From IMG/VR virus record IMGVR_UViG_2740892441_000001: a DNA stretch of 64,000 nucleotides; one strand, written 5' to 3'. Under the pieces are notes generated by a model that searched no databases, was not told where the DNA came from, and saw nothing but the letters and a program-made list of their open reading frames with translations. The DNA comes from a virus. Lineage: Duplodnaviria; Heunggongvirae; Uroviricota; Caudoviricetes. How positions within the stretch are numbered: position 1 is the first letter of the stretch; every line of letters starts with the position of its first letter. Below, piece by piece: positions 9,690 to 20,619 of the stretch. The position numbers and the translations under genes were made by a program.

Positions 9690-10409
9690 TTAGACCATCC
9701 CTTTATGGTGTTTTCTTACCTGCGACCAGGCAATGAATCCTGCCACAACAATAGTGGCAATACCGAAGATGATGCGTACTGTATCCCCGCTAGAGATATG
9801 ACCTTGTGCTTTATCCATAGCAGCGGAAACCTGCGGCATAACATCGGCCAGCTGCGCCAGACCAATACCTGCTGTAACAGTTGCGCCTGCGGTTTCTTTA
9901 GTTACAGGAACAGCCTTCACGGTTTTCACCGGCTTAACAACGCCAGCTCGACGCAGACCTTCCTCAATAACTTCTGCCGCATACCAGGTGTTCAGCGTTT
10001 TTAGCGGACCTCGGCCATTCTCGTGGCGAATGATTGCCTCAACCAAAGGTCGAAGGATGTCGTAATCATGCAGATCGATGATCATGTCTGCGGTTACACC
10101 AACGGCTTTAGACACCTCATTAATGTAGGCGTCAGTGTTGTTTTCATTCGGCGGTGCCCAACGTTCAATAACTTCACGAATGGTATCGATACTTGAGCCG
10201 TCTTTTGCGCGACGTTTGTCGTGGTAGGTAATTAGAGTCACCGCCAGCGCACGAATTCCCCAAACAGGGTCTTTAAACGTGCAAAAGCGCGGTTCGTCTG
10301 GATTCGCAACCAGACCTTGCCACGGTGATCCTTTATCAAGATTACCGGGGTTATTATTACGAATGCCTCTCGGAGTCTTCATCCTTGATCTCCTGTTATT
10401 GCAGTCCAC
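9690..10409 (-). CDS. putative cell-wall hydrolase (endolysin candidate) with C-terminal membrane anchor
   Basis: 239-aa ORF between holin candidate and spanins; GIRNNNPGN motif; hydrophobic C-terminal segment. Confidence 0.4.
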   Translation of the reverse strand: MDCNNRRSRMKTPRGIRNNNPGNLDKGSPWQGLVANPDEPRFCTFKDPVWGIRALAVTLITYHDKRRAKDGSSIDTIREVIERWAPPNENNTDAYINEVSKAVGVTADMIIDLHDYDILRPLVEAIIRHENGRGPLKTLNTWYAAEVIEEGLRRAGVVKPVKTVKAVPVTKETAGATVTAGIGLAQLADVMPQVSAAMDKAQGHISSGDTVRIIFGIATIVVAGFIAWSQVRKHHKGMV

Positions 10410-10731
10410 TTTTTACGCCATACGCGGCTAACCCCAAAAGCAGTGCGGTAATAATGAACGACGTTATTTTAGAAACAATGCCGCCAAAGAACCCACTTGA
10501 GATGGAGTCCAACCGGTTAAGGAGTTTGTCCAGATTGGAGTGTTGAATACTATGTTGCGCCGGGGTCATATCACCAAAGTAGGTTTTCAGCTGATCGTTG
10601 ACCTCCTGGCCAATTTCTTCACGTAGCTCTTTACCTAATTTGCCGACAACCTCCCGAGCAACGATCGCGGCAATGCGCTCAACTTGCTCTGTTGTTACGC
10701 CCGCCATCTCGTTCGACATATTTTCCTCCAT
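10396..10731 (-). CDS. holin candidate
   Basis: 111-aa ORF with C-terminal TM segment, first gene of lysis cassette. Confidence 0.4.
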   Translation of the reverse strand: MEENMSNEMAGVTTEQVERIAAIVAREVVGKLGKELREEIGQEVNDQLKTYFGDMTPAQHSIQHSNLDKLLNRLDSISSGFFGGIVSKITSFIITALLLGLAAYGVKSGLQ

Positions 10732-10900
10732 GAAAAGTCAAATCGGGATGGCGGATTTATATCACATTTTATCTTTTTTATATAGGTATGCACTTACCTA
10801 TCTGTAAATAAACTTAAACACCAACAATAAATTACCTCAGAACATCTCTCTTTATATTTATTGCCTTCTTTGCGTAAGCTATATCTCAGTTAATCTTATA

Positions 10901-11200
10901 TTAAATAAAAATATATAATAATGTGCACGCTAAAAGTGGAATCGCAAAATCCATCAGGCTTGCTACATCCCACGCGCGTAGATCAAAACCGCCCCACCAC
11001 GGCATATTCATACGCTTGCCATGACCGAACATTTCAATCCAGCGATATTCTGCCTGGGTGTGTTCCCGCGCAATGAAGAATGTACAACCGGCTATCGACC
11101 CGTAAACCCAGTTCCCGGTAAAAAGACCAATCAGTAGCTGCGCAGCCACAGCACAAAGCGCATGAAGGAAAGGTGTTATATCCATTTTCATCCTACCCAA
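10901..11200 (-). CDS. hypothetical membrane protein
   Basis: 99-aa ORF with two or three hydrophobic segments. Confidence 0.3.
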   Translation of the reverse strand: MGRMKMDITPFLHALCAVAAQLLIGLFTGNWVYGSIAGCTFFIAREHTQAEYRWIEMFGHGKRMNMPWWGGFDLRAWDVASLMDFAIPLLACTLLYIFI

Positions 11201-11227
11201 TAAAACGGGGCGCTCTGCCCCTTGATA

Positions 11228-12268
11228 TTATTTAGACGCAAGCGCCGCCTCAATTGCAGATAATCTTTGTCTTAATTCTGCGTTTTCTTCTTCCAGTGCT
11301 GTTATCCTGTCGTCTGACTCTCTGGCTACCTGAACAAGCAAACCCGTTACGCCTGAGTAATCGACGGTATAGTATCTTTCTCCCTCTTCTCCATCAGACC
11401 CATTGTCCCCGCTCTTGTACTTTATTGTGCTACCAACTGATTCAGGGATTGCATTAAGTGCCTCTTGCGCAATAACGCCAGCATAAGGCATACCATTAGA
11501 CTTGAGACGGTAAGTATACCCATTCATTAATCTGATGCGCTCAGTGGCATTATCAATAACCTGAATGTTTTCTTTAAGATCTCTGTCCGACACCTGGTCG
11601 AATGATGTAGCCTTGCATGGCCCGTTTATCTCAAGCTGATAGGTTTTATCTGGGTTCCTTTGTGCATAAAACAAAAAAAGCCCGCCATCATCCCTAATTT
11701 CATAAACAACTGGACGACTGGAATTTCCCCATAATAACGTCGACACACCAGAATACGCCGTACCTTGCGTGTTTAGTGTCATGGTTGACACATGATTAGC
11801 GTATTTGATTTGTAATGTGTCTGTATTATCAAACTTAATAAGCGCGTTACTTCCCCGCACACCATACGACATGAGACAGTTCCCCATTTTCAGATAACCT
11901 GAAGTACCAGGGAAAATTAAAGTTCCTCCGTAAAGATCACTAAAGTCCCAAAAGATACCTTTTGTTCCATTGTGTGTGACAATCCTTGTCATTGTATCTT
12001 TTGTACCGTCAATATTTTTTCTGGTATATATGTCACTAGAAGCGTTTTCCGTTTCACCAGTCTTATTTGACAAATGCAGCTTACCGCTGAATATAGTTCC
12101 AGTTGTTGGCAATGTTTTTTGATCATAGATTACATTGCAATAACCATTCCATGTTGTTTTATTGTCTACATAAGATTTTGTTGCGTAGCTTCCTTGATCG
12201 TTTTTTAATTTGCTAACGTCGGATTTTAGCGTTTTGATGTCATCAGGAATTACTGTCGATGTAGCCAT
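11228..12268 (-). CDS. tail fibre protein with C-terminal intramolecular chaperone (peptidase S74-like) domain
   Basis: 346-aa ORF; SDRDLKENIQ motif characteristic of self-cleaving chaperone domain; C-terminal coiled coil. Confidence 0.6.
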   Translation of the reverse strand: MATSTVIPDDIKTLKSDVSKLKNDQGSYATKSYVDNKTTWNGYCNVIYDQKTLPTTGTIFSGKLHLSNKTGETENASSDIYTRKNIDGTKDTMTRIVTHNGTKGIFWDFSDLYGGTLIFPGTSGYLKMGNCLMSYGVRGSNALIKFDNTDTLQIKYANHVSTMTLNTQGTAYSGVSTLLWGNSSRPVVYEIRDDGGLFLFYAQRNPDKTYQLEINGPCKATSFDQVSDRDLKENIQVIDNATERIRLMNGYTYRLKSNGMPYAGVIAQEALNAIPESVGSTIKYKSGDNGSDGEEGERYYTVDYSGVTGLLVQVARESDDRITALEEENAELRQRLSAIEAALASK

Positions 12269-12277
12269 TTTTCTTCC

Positions 12278-12559
12278 TCACATCCAGCCACGAAGTTGAT
12301 GCTCAACAGCAACCACGTATTCATCGAATATTGACGGTGTTTTCACATCATTAATGATGCGCACGTTTACAAAATATCCGTCTTCCTTAACACATACCGG
12401 TTCGCCATCTTCAGTCAGTTCTCCGGTTTCTTTGTACACGTTACCTATCACGTCAATAAGAATATCATCCTGCATCGTCTCGTCGTCATAATAGCCAGTG
12501 CTATCCATAAAGGCCGAAAAGTCGGCCCTGTCGGCAAATTTGAGGGTTAAGTCTCGCAT
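12278..12559 (-). CDS. hypothetical protein in tail-fibre cluster
   Basis: 93-aa ORF between two tail-fibre genes. Confidence 0.3.
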   Translation of the reverse strand: MRDLTLKFADRADFSAFMDSTGYYDDETMQDDILIDVIGNVYKETGELTEDGEPVCVKEDGYFVNVRIINDVKTPSIFDEYVVAVEHQLRGWM

Positions 12560-13662
12560 TATATTTTTTCTCCCTGCTGCGCTGCTGTTAATTCCCTGTG
12601 CCAGATACGCAAATTTCGGACGTGCCCGAACAGATGGCGGCTGCCACTGGACGCCTTTCCACCGATAGTGATGAATCCACCAGTGTACTTCTGATTTTGA
12701 TATGCTGAAGTTGTCAATGCCCCGAAAACACCATTGACAACAACTTGCAACCTTCTGTCTTCCGAAAATAAAAAACCAACGATATTATGGCGCTTAGTTC
12801 TTGCAAGAGTACTATTATACTCTTTAATGGCATTTGAGTCGCCGTTTGTGATTATCGCTTTATTACCACGAGTAGCAAAACCAAGGTACATATAACTTTG
12901 ATTTATTATATCTGTGGAATCTCCCGTTGTTGTTATATCCAGAATCCTTGCTCCACCAGTAATATTAGGCATAAAGCCAGGTTCCCATAGTGTATTTACT
13001 TCAACAAGACAACTTATTGCAGGAGTTGACCAGTTTAATTTTACAGGGACAGTAACCATATCACTGGCTCTTGTTGCACCAGTTCCCGACGTAATGATAA
13101 ATGATGACGCATGAGTTCCCTTTTCAAACTGAGGGGTGGTCATCATTATCTGGTCTCCGGCCTGTATGGAACGCCCGTCCGCAGCTATCTCAAAACGAGC
13201 GTGAATACTTTTCGGTTCTGGTGATTTATATGTAAATTCGATGCGTAACCATCCGTTAGCTTCTCTGTATATGACATGATTGACAGCATCCTCACCATTC
13301 GGAATTTTTAATATTTCTCCGGTGCCGCAATCTATATATGACTCAGCAACCAGTGTGTTGCTTGTTCCGTCATCGTTCACATAAGCTACGCGAGGTCTGA
13401 TTAATATATCAGTCCCTTTAACACGGCACGAAAGTGTAACTGATTCATTTGCATCAACACTGATTACACGGGGATAACCACTCGTAATTAATGTCGCCCG
13501 GCCATCCAACGGAGTTCCCGTAACCGTGAATGTTCCATATGTAAACCCATACCCGTCAGTTTCACTAGTCACCGATAATGCAGATTTCAGATAATTCCAT
13601 AAGGATGGTGTATTACTATAATAAAGTGTGTTTGTTCTCTGCCCCTCTATTAACAACCCCAT
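12559..13662 (-). CDS. tail fibre / receptor-binding candidate
   Basis: 367-aa Thr/Ser/Gly-rich beta-type ORF within tail-fibre cluster. Confidence 0.45.
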   Translation of the reverse strand: MGLLIEGQRTNTLYYSNTPSLWNYLKSALSVTSETDGYGFTYGTFTVTGTPLDGRATLITSGYPRVISVDANESVTLSCRVKGTDILIRPRVAYVNDDGTSNTLVAESYIDCGTGEILKIPNGEDAVNHVIYREANGWLRIEFTYKSPEPKSIHARFEIAADGRSIQAGDQIMMTTPQFEKGTHASSFIITSGTGATRASDMVTVPVKLNWSTPAISCLVEVNTLWEPGFMPNITGGARILDITTTGDSTDIINQSYMYLGFATRGNKAIITNGDSNAIKEYNSTLARTKRHNIVGFLFSEDRRLQVVVNGVFGALTTSAYQNQKYTGGFITIGGKASSGSRHLFGHVRNLRIWHRELTAAQQGEKI

Positions 13663-14942
13663 TTTTTCAAATCTGGTTCATCTACAGACGCCACACAAAG
13701 CCCCCCGGATTTATCAATATATGTCGCTTCAGATGCCCGCTTAAACTTAACAATCTTGTCGCCAGGCATTGTTATTTCATCATCACCAATAACAATCTTT
13801 TTATATGATGGCGAAAAGCCCGTAATCATATCCAGTGAATCGTTAAACGGTATCCACACATCAGGCAACGGCTGTAAGACATATTTATACGGCTCCGCAG
13901 CCTGGCTTGCATACTCTCTGGCTGCGTCTTCACTTGCTTTTGCAGCGGTCTGGCTTGCTGCCGATGCTTGCGCCGAGTTCGCAGCCGCAGTCTCGCTCGC
14001 CTTTGCGTTGGTTTCACTGGTTTTTGCAGCTTTTTGACTGTTGGCTGATGCAGTGGCAGAAGCCGCCGCCTCACTTGCAGAACTGGCTGCGGCACTCTCA
14101 CTTTGGGCCGCTGCATCCTGACTGTTTTTCGCCGCAGTTTCGCTGGCTTTGGCATTTGTTTCGCTGGTCTTCGCTGCCGTCTGGCTGGACTTTGCGTTAG
14201 TTTCACTCGTCTTCGCAGCTTTCTGGCTGTTAGCCGCAGCAGTTGCTGATCCGGCAGCTGAAGTCGCAGAACCGGCAGCGGCACTCTCGCTTTCGGCTGC
14301 CGCCGCCTGGCTGTTTTTTGCTGCGGTAGCGGAGTTGGCGGCAGCACTCTGACTCGATTTTGCAGCTACCTCGCTATTTTTCGCATTAGTTTCGCTGGTC
14401 TTTGAAGCTGTCTCACTCGCTTTTGAGTTAGTTTCTGATTTTTTGGCCGCTGTTGCGCTCGCTGCCGCCTCTTTAGCTTTTTGTGCAGCGGTGTTAATTA
14501 TGGGAGTATTTTCTTTATACCATTCTAGGTTCTCATTGTGCTCATTAACGATCTGCGTAAGGGATTTTACGGTTAATTCCGTGCCATCTTCACGCTCAAT
14601 TGTTATTTCATCCACGGCAGTCAGCCAACTACGCATCATTTTTGAATCGGCTGACATGCGAGACATAAGCGCAGTAAAACGAGCACTAAATTGGGTCAAA
14701 TCACCTTCATAGGTCGTAATTATTCTGCACGGAACATTTGTTTGGGTGCTGCCACCGTAGGCTTCAACAAGAGTTAACGAAGTGTCACTCTCGATTGATT
14801 TTATTTCATATAACTTATTATCGGGGCCAATCAATATCATACCTGGAAGGACGCCGTTCGCCGTCACTCCCCAGGCTGTGCCTGTTCCCACTACAGTTTT
14901 ATTTCCTTTAGTGAGATTTATTGTACCTTCCCTGTACCACAT
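13650..14942 (-). CDS. tail fibre protein with Ala/Ser/Thr-rich tandem repeats
   Basis: 430-aa ORF; repeated SETNAK / AAKNSQ peptide units; globular C-terminal domain. Confidence 0.55.
   Translation of the reverse strand: MWYREGTINLTKGNKTVVGTGTAWGVTANGVLPGMILIGPDNKLYEIKSIESDTSLTLVEAYGGSTQTNVPCRIITTYEGDLTQFSARFTALMSRMSADSKMMRSWLTAVDEITIEREDGTELTVKSLTQIVNEHNENLEWYKENTPIINTAAQKAKEAAASATAAKKSETNSKASETASKTSETNAKNSEVAAKSSQSAAANSATAAKNSQAAAAESESAAAGSATSAAGSATAAANSQKAAKTSETNAKSSQTAAKTSETNAKASETAAKNSQDAAAQSESAAASSASEAAASATASANSQKAAKTSETNAKASETAAANSAQASAASQTAAKASEDAAREYASQAAEPYKYVLQPLPDVWIPFNDSLDMITGFSPSYKKIVIGDDEITMPGDKIVKFKRASEATYIDKSGGLCVASVDEPDLKKWGC
13880..14470. repeat. tandem nucleotide repeats encoding the Ala-rich fibre shaft
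   Basis: Repeated units such as gcagtttcgctggctttgg and gcagccgcctcactt visible on plus strand. Confidence 0.6.
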
Positions 14943-15035
14943 TTATCCTTTGCTCCTAGATATGGTGGGCGTTCCATGCCCACCATTAAGTTAGTACCTA
15001 CCTATTTTTACAGAAATGATTATTTTTTTCCACAA

Positions 15036-18000
15036 TCAAAGCCGACCAATCCTAACTCGAAGGACATTATTGTCATCATAAACGTCAATCCTCTGACCAT
15101 TTATAACCAATCTCCCATTGCCGCCACTATTGCCGTTGATCTCAAGCGTTCCATTTTTACCAAATCGCCATCCGGCTCGTCCGCTTACGAAGTTTGTTGA
15201 TTGCAAGTCACCTACCTTTGCATTTGTGATAGTACCATCCTTAATATACGCACCATTCATGTATGCAACGCTGTTTTCGATAACAAATGGTGTGGTGATC
15301 TTTCCGTTAACTGAGTTGACTAGACCAAATCGATCTGCTTGCACCAAAAACTGGGAAAGCCCCGTGGTGTCAATTCCAAGCGCAATACCTGCGACATATT
15401 TTTGCCCACCACTTGTTGACGTTTCCATCTTCAACGTCCACGCGGTTGAAACCTTTTTGTTAGTATCAGCAATAGCAGTTGCCTGCTCTTGAATTGTCGC
15501 TGTATTTCCATCAACTGATGCTTTTAAGGTGTCAATTCGTCCACTTAGAGCATTGTCGGCGTTTGTGCGCACAGTCGCCTCAGACGTAATCGCGGCATTA
15601 ATATCTTTGCTCGTTTGCGCCTGTAGATTAGTGATACTAGAAGCCAAAGCCGAATCAGCGTCAGTTCTGGCTTTCGTCTCTTCTGCTACAGCCGCCTTAA
15701 TATCTTTACCCGTCTGGCTCTTCAATGTGGTTATCTGTTGTGCTAAAGATTCATCAGCAGTTGCTCGGGCAATTTTTTCTTCAGATATAGCTGCACTAAT
15801 ATCGCCTTCAATTTTGGCTTGTAACGATAGTATTTCTTTTGAAAGTGCTTCATCGGCACTAGCTCGTGCCTCTTGTTCACTCACAATTGCGGCAGAAATA
15901 TCATCGTTAATCTTTGATTCAAGTTTGGTGATTCTGCTTGCAATAGCATTATCAGCATCTACACGAGCCGTTGTTTCTTCAGTGATTGAAGCTCTGATAT
16001 CCTCATTTATTTCAGCGCGAATTTCTTCCATTTTCGTAGCCATTGCAGACATATCGTCTGCAAAAGCCTTCTGAGTTGTGGTGATCTTCGCATTACTCAC
16101 CATCTGCTTGTGCTGATCTTCATCCTGACGCAAAGCAAGATCGATGTTTGTTTTAGCCAATGCCTCAATGTTTGTTGTCACTTCGGCACTGGAACGCTCA
16201 ACTTCAGCCACGGTTTTTTTCATTTCTTCAATGGTGGCTAAACTGCTATCTACAGTTGACTTCATCGCCTCGATTTCTTTCGCGTTTGCCAAGTCACCCT
16301 CAACTCGTGCTTCACGTTCCTCCGCGATTAAAGCCGATGAATTGCCAAGTGCTGCATTTGCCGCCTCAACAGCTCCAGCTACAGCTTTGCCCTGCTCTGA
16401 TACAGTTTCCTGCAACTGAATTAAAGCAGCGTTAGAGTTTTCAACTTCCTTAAGAGCGTCTTCCACCTTGCTTACAGTACTGGAAACATCCGTTTTAAGA
16501 TCGTTTTGAGCTTCTTCAAGCCGCCGATCTGTCTCTGTAAACTTGTCATCAAGCTTTTCAGACTTTCATCCATCTGTTCATAGATGGAATCCACCGCCTC
16601 CTGAGATACTTTTGAGTCGATTTCCTCAAGTAAAGCCTGGCCAAGTTCAGAAGACGTAATTTTGCCTGTCAGGAACGACAGTACATCGCGAGTTGTCGCC
16701 TCTGTCCCCAAGTTTGAGTTCGGATGACTTAACATACCTCGCTTGTTCGACGCTCGAACCCAGTAATACCACGTTTCGCTATCCCCAAGACCAGCATGTG
16801 TAAAGGTGGTGCTTGCAGACTCTGCGATCAGTTTCGCTGTATCCAGATTGTTGGTCTGGGATGCGTAAACATTAATGTGATCAAGGTCTACCGAATCTGG
16901 ATTAACCCAATTCAGTATCACATTACGATAGTCTCCAACGGCCGTTAATGACGTTGGGGCATCTGGCGGTGTCATTGTGCCCAGCACCTGATAAACGGTA
17001 CTGATAATCTCTGTTTTTTTACCGTTGAATGAAACCGCATACAACTGGAAGTCGTAGCGTCCATTCTCCGCAACATTAACGATTTCGTATTGCTCTTCGG
17101 TTACACGCGCCGATTGCCAGTTCGATACATTGTTTTCATCAGAACGTCGCCAACTGATCCAATACTCTGGAGATTTCCCTTCCCATGTTGCAGTCAGTTT
17201 TACTGACAGGTTGCCAGGGCTTGAGAGATAAGTCCCTTCGGTGATTTGCAAATTAGACGGCTTGGAGTAAGTCGGGTCCAATACCGTCGTATTCTGCGGG
17301 ATAAGCGTTGCACCATTGTCGATTGCCTCATATTTAGACGGATTGTTCTCAACAGCGGTGATGTCAAAGCTACCCGGCGTTTCCCCCTGCGCGATGTTAA
17401 CGATGCGAACGCGCATAGGTTCGAGATCTGGTTCTGTAATTGTCCAGACACCGTTCAAAACAGGCGTTTCCGCTGACGACAGGGCTTTTGAAAACGTAAC
17501 CTTTGTTATGTTTTCGCCAGTTTCAAGAACATCGCGTTCAACGATTTTGCCTTCCTGATTCAGTATTCGAATAAAGCAGCCGCCTTTGGCTAACGACACA
17601 GGCGCATCGAGTGTGATGCTGTTTTTGGTAAACTCCACAATTCGACCGGAGTTGCGCTTTCCTGCGCGATATTTGTTCTGAATCAGAACGGTTTCACCAG
17701 GCATCAGGAATGACGCATCTAAGCCGGCAGTAAATGTAATTACATCCGACTCCATTCTGGCGGTATATAAAAGCCACAAACCAACTCGGTGAGCCTGCCC
17801 TCGGCTTGTACAGCCAAATGCTACGACTTCTGTCTTACGCTCACCATAACGGCGCATTGCGTCCTGATCTTCAACGTACTCGATGTTTTGCTTATAACCG
17901 TCCTCCTTGTTGTTGTAGGTTACGAGCGCAACGGATGGGCGATCTTTACGCGCAGAACCTTTATAGGTAAACAATCCATCTTTGACGTTAGAGTTGGTAA

Positions 18001-19201
18001 ACATCATTACCGGATCTGATGGGCTATCCTGCATGATGTTAACCATCCCACCAGCCCAAAACACCATGCCGCGGAATGCTCCAGCAATATCCTGAATTAG
18101 TCGGTATGCGTCCTGTCGACTGGTAATCTGCGTATTGATTGCAAAACGTTTCTCTTTGCCACCAAAGCCATCATCAACCTCTTCGTCACAATATCGACCG
18201 ATCTGGTACAGCTGGCCGAGGTCAATCATGGACTCTGATACAAATTGGCCAAGCCATATCGTTCATTCGTTAACAGGTCGAAAAGAATCCAGGCTGGATT
18301 GGATGAAGACAACAGCTTAAAAGTGCCATCCCATACACCATCATAAGTGTTGCTGGCCTCGTTGTAGTTTGACGGCACGCGAATTTTTAATCCACGCACC
18401 AAATACGAACGAGATGGCATGGTGCTGCCGAATTGCTCAGAGTTTACCTTCAATCCAACTAAAACAGAGTTTGGATAGTTCATCGGTGTATCGACAATTT
18501 CCCCGATTGAATCCACCCATGTATCGTTATAGAGATACTGGCTACTGTTATCATCGGTAATACGGACTACACGAACCTTGTATGCGCGTCCAGGCTTAGG
18601 CAGCTTCAGCTCGTAGCTACGGTAATAAACACCTGTCTTCTTTGCAGTTAGCTTAATGCCAACGCTTTTTTCACCTTCTGCGACCACATCTACAAATGTT
18701 GAGTCGCCATTTGCTATCTGGAACTTGTACTCAACGGTTGTACCGTTCGTGTCACCAGTTTTTTTTATCTATGCTTCGCAAAGAAGGAAACTTCATGATG
18801 ACACGAACCCGATCAGCTTCATCGTTATCGATTGAAACCGTTACATAATGCGTTTTTTTTAACTGGATATTGACGGATTTAGGCGTTTCAACGAAATCAA
18901 AGCCAGACATTGGAGTCTGGTCTTGCGAACCGTCGCGAAAATCCCATGTGATTCCGCTGAAGTTGGAGGAACCGTCTTCATTTACAATCGGCAGATCGTC
19001 GATAAAAATAGATCTTGCGCCATTTACCAAGCCGCCAATTACACCTTCCCCAAGAAGATCGAGGATAGCGGCCATTGCACGAGAATTTACGGTATCGTCG
19101 GCTTCAACCGGTGTACGGCTAGAGCTTTTGCTGCTTTTTTTACCACCCGCACCTGCAATAAACAGCGGTAACTTTTTCTTCTTGAACTGTTCCATGTTCA
19201 A
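15036..19201 (-). pseudogene. host-specificity protein J-like central tail fibre, reading frame interrupted at three positions
   Basis: ORFs 18752-19201, 18226-18687, 16472-18229 and 15036-16466 are collinear with a lambda J-type protein (SEQFGS, RYG, YCD..DGFGG, GCTSRGQAHR, YVAGI..LSQFLV) but lie in three different frames. Confidence 0.7.
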
Positions 19202-19213
19202 AAAAATCCTTGT

Positions 19214-19807
19214 TTACATTAGCTGGTCAATCGTGATTGAAGAACTCACAACCTGTGAGCCAACCAGAATTTCCTCGCCATAGATAAGTTGTACTGGGTT
19301 GCCCTGGTTTTCTGTATTTTGAGGGCCGTCGAAATAATAAGAGTTCGAGTTATCTGCCTGTCTCACACTTTCGTTAGTGGCTTGCGGCGATATGATTTGT
19401 GATATACCGCCCATCATCAGTGACAAACCGAGAGGTGCTAAAGCAGGCATCATTACCGCCGATACAACCAACAAAGCGGCCCCTACTACCGTCTGAAACC
19501 ACCCAAAAGCAGATCCGCCGCTCCCTCGCGGAACAGGGGTAATGCGTATTTTGGCAATGTTGTCAGACTGCCCCATCATCTGATATTCACTCTCGTCCAC
19601 AGACCACTTGTGACCCTGTTTATTGGTGATCTGGATGTGGTATCTGTCATAGGTTTTGATGTTGCGCTTCATCCATGCTTTAAACCCAGGCTTGTTAGCC
19701 TCAATTAAATCCAGAGCCTGTTTTGTATTACGCACCTTTAGATGCCAGTGGCGGCCAAAATGTTTGGCCATAGGGCCGCCAAGCTGCACATGAACTAACT
19801 CAGACAC
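19214..19807 (-). CDS. tail assembly protein I-like
   Basis: 197-aa ORF between K-like and J-like genes; hydrophobic central segment. Confidence 0.5.
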   Translation of the reverse strand: MSELVHVQLGGPMAKHFGRHWHLKVRNTKQALDLIEANKPGFKAWMKRNIKTYDRYHIQITNKQGHKWSVDESEYQMMGQSDNIAKIRITPVPRGSGGSAFGWFQTVVGAALLVVSAVMMPALAPLGLSLMMGGISQIISPQATNESVRQADNSNSYYFDGPQNTENQGNPVQLIYGEEILVGSQVVSSSITIDQLM

Positions 19808-20619
19808 GTCTCATCTCCCTTGAGCAAGTCTCTGTGACGCAAGTGATGCGTCGTATGTTTCTGATACATTCCGCCGTAATAAGCACGACAACTAAGGCGG
19901 TCGATCTGGTGATGAAGAATCATTCCATCGCCGATATAAACCGCGCAGTGGTCAGGCATTTTCCCGTATTGGATAAAGAAGATGTCCCCACGTTGAGGTT
20001 CTGTTCCGGGCGCAAGCCGTACCAATCCTTCGTTTCTGTAGTTCTGATCGAGAATGTCGTTATCGCCGGTGTACCACGATGGAATATGCAGGTGTGCGTT
20101 CGGGTTTAGTTCGACGTTAAACTCACGCTTCAAATAGTCCCGACACAACATCCAGCAATCGAATACGCCAAATACATACGGTCTGCCCAGGTATGGCATT
20201 TCGAAACCATCAGGTGTGATCACATTCATCTCGCTAAAATGGAAAGGGGCATCTCCCTCAACATTCTTGCGAATAGCCAGAATCATCCACGGAACTTCCG
20301 TCGCTTCGCAGCCTGCACGATCGGCATCAGATGCTTCTGCTGATTCATCAGTATGTGAATGCCAGATTGCGATAACATCACCCGCATCCTCTGCCGCCAT
20401 AATGTCGTCAACGTGCATTACAAAAGTGTTCTGCGGGTTCTCCGAAACATTCCGCGCTTCCATAAAGCGATATTTGTCGCCATTAGTTCTAACCAGAAAG
20501 CCACACGCTTCATTAGGGTAGCGATTTATGGCGCAGAGATAGATTTGCTGCATAACGTCAGAGCCAAGCTCAGGGATTGCTTTATTACCCATACCGCGTA
20601 GCTCCAATAAATCCGCCAA
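19795..20619 (-). CDS. tail assembly protein K-like (MPN/JAMM + NlpC/P60)
   Basis: 274-aa ORF; JAMM-like HSHTDESAEASD motif; Cys/His C-terminal domain; lambda-like synteny. Confidence 0.6.
   Translation of the reverse strand: MADLLELRGMGNKAIPELGSDVMQQIYLCAINRYPNEACGFLVRTNGDKYRFMEARNVSENPQNTFVMHVDDIMAAEDAGDVIAIWHSHTDESAEASDADRAGCEATEVPWMILAIRKNVEGDAPFHFSEMNVITPDGFEMPYLGRPYVFGVFDCWMLCRDYLKREFNVELNPNAHLHIPSWYTGDNDILDQNYRNEGLVRLAPGTEPQRGDIFFIQYGKMPDHCAVYIGDGMILHHQIDRLSCRAYYGGMYQKHTTHHLRHRDLLKGDETCLS

Noticed and set aside
13826-14347. Arg/Pro/Gln-rich ORFs on both strands over the tail-fibre repeat region
   Set aside because: Alternative frames of the tandem repeat; the Ala/Ser/Thr frame is continuous with conserved fibre termini.
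15036-19201. Programmed translational frameshifting as the explanation for the J gene breaks
   Set aside because: Three independent breaks requiring shifts in both directions, with identical signatures in other unrelated genes, are better explained by indel error or decay.
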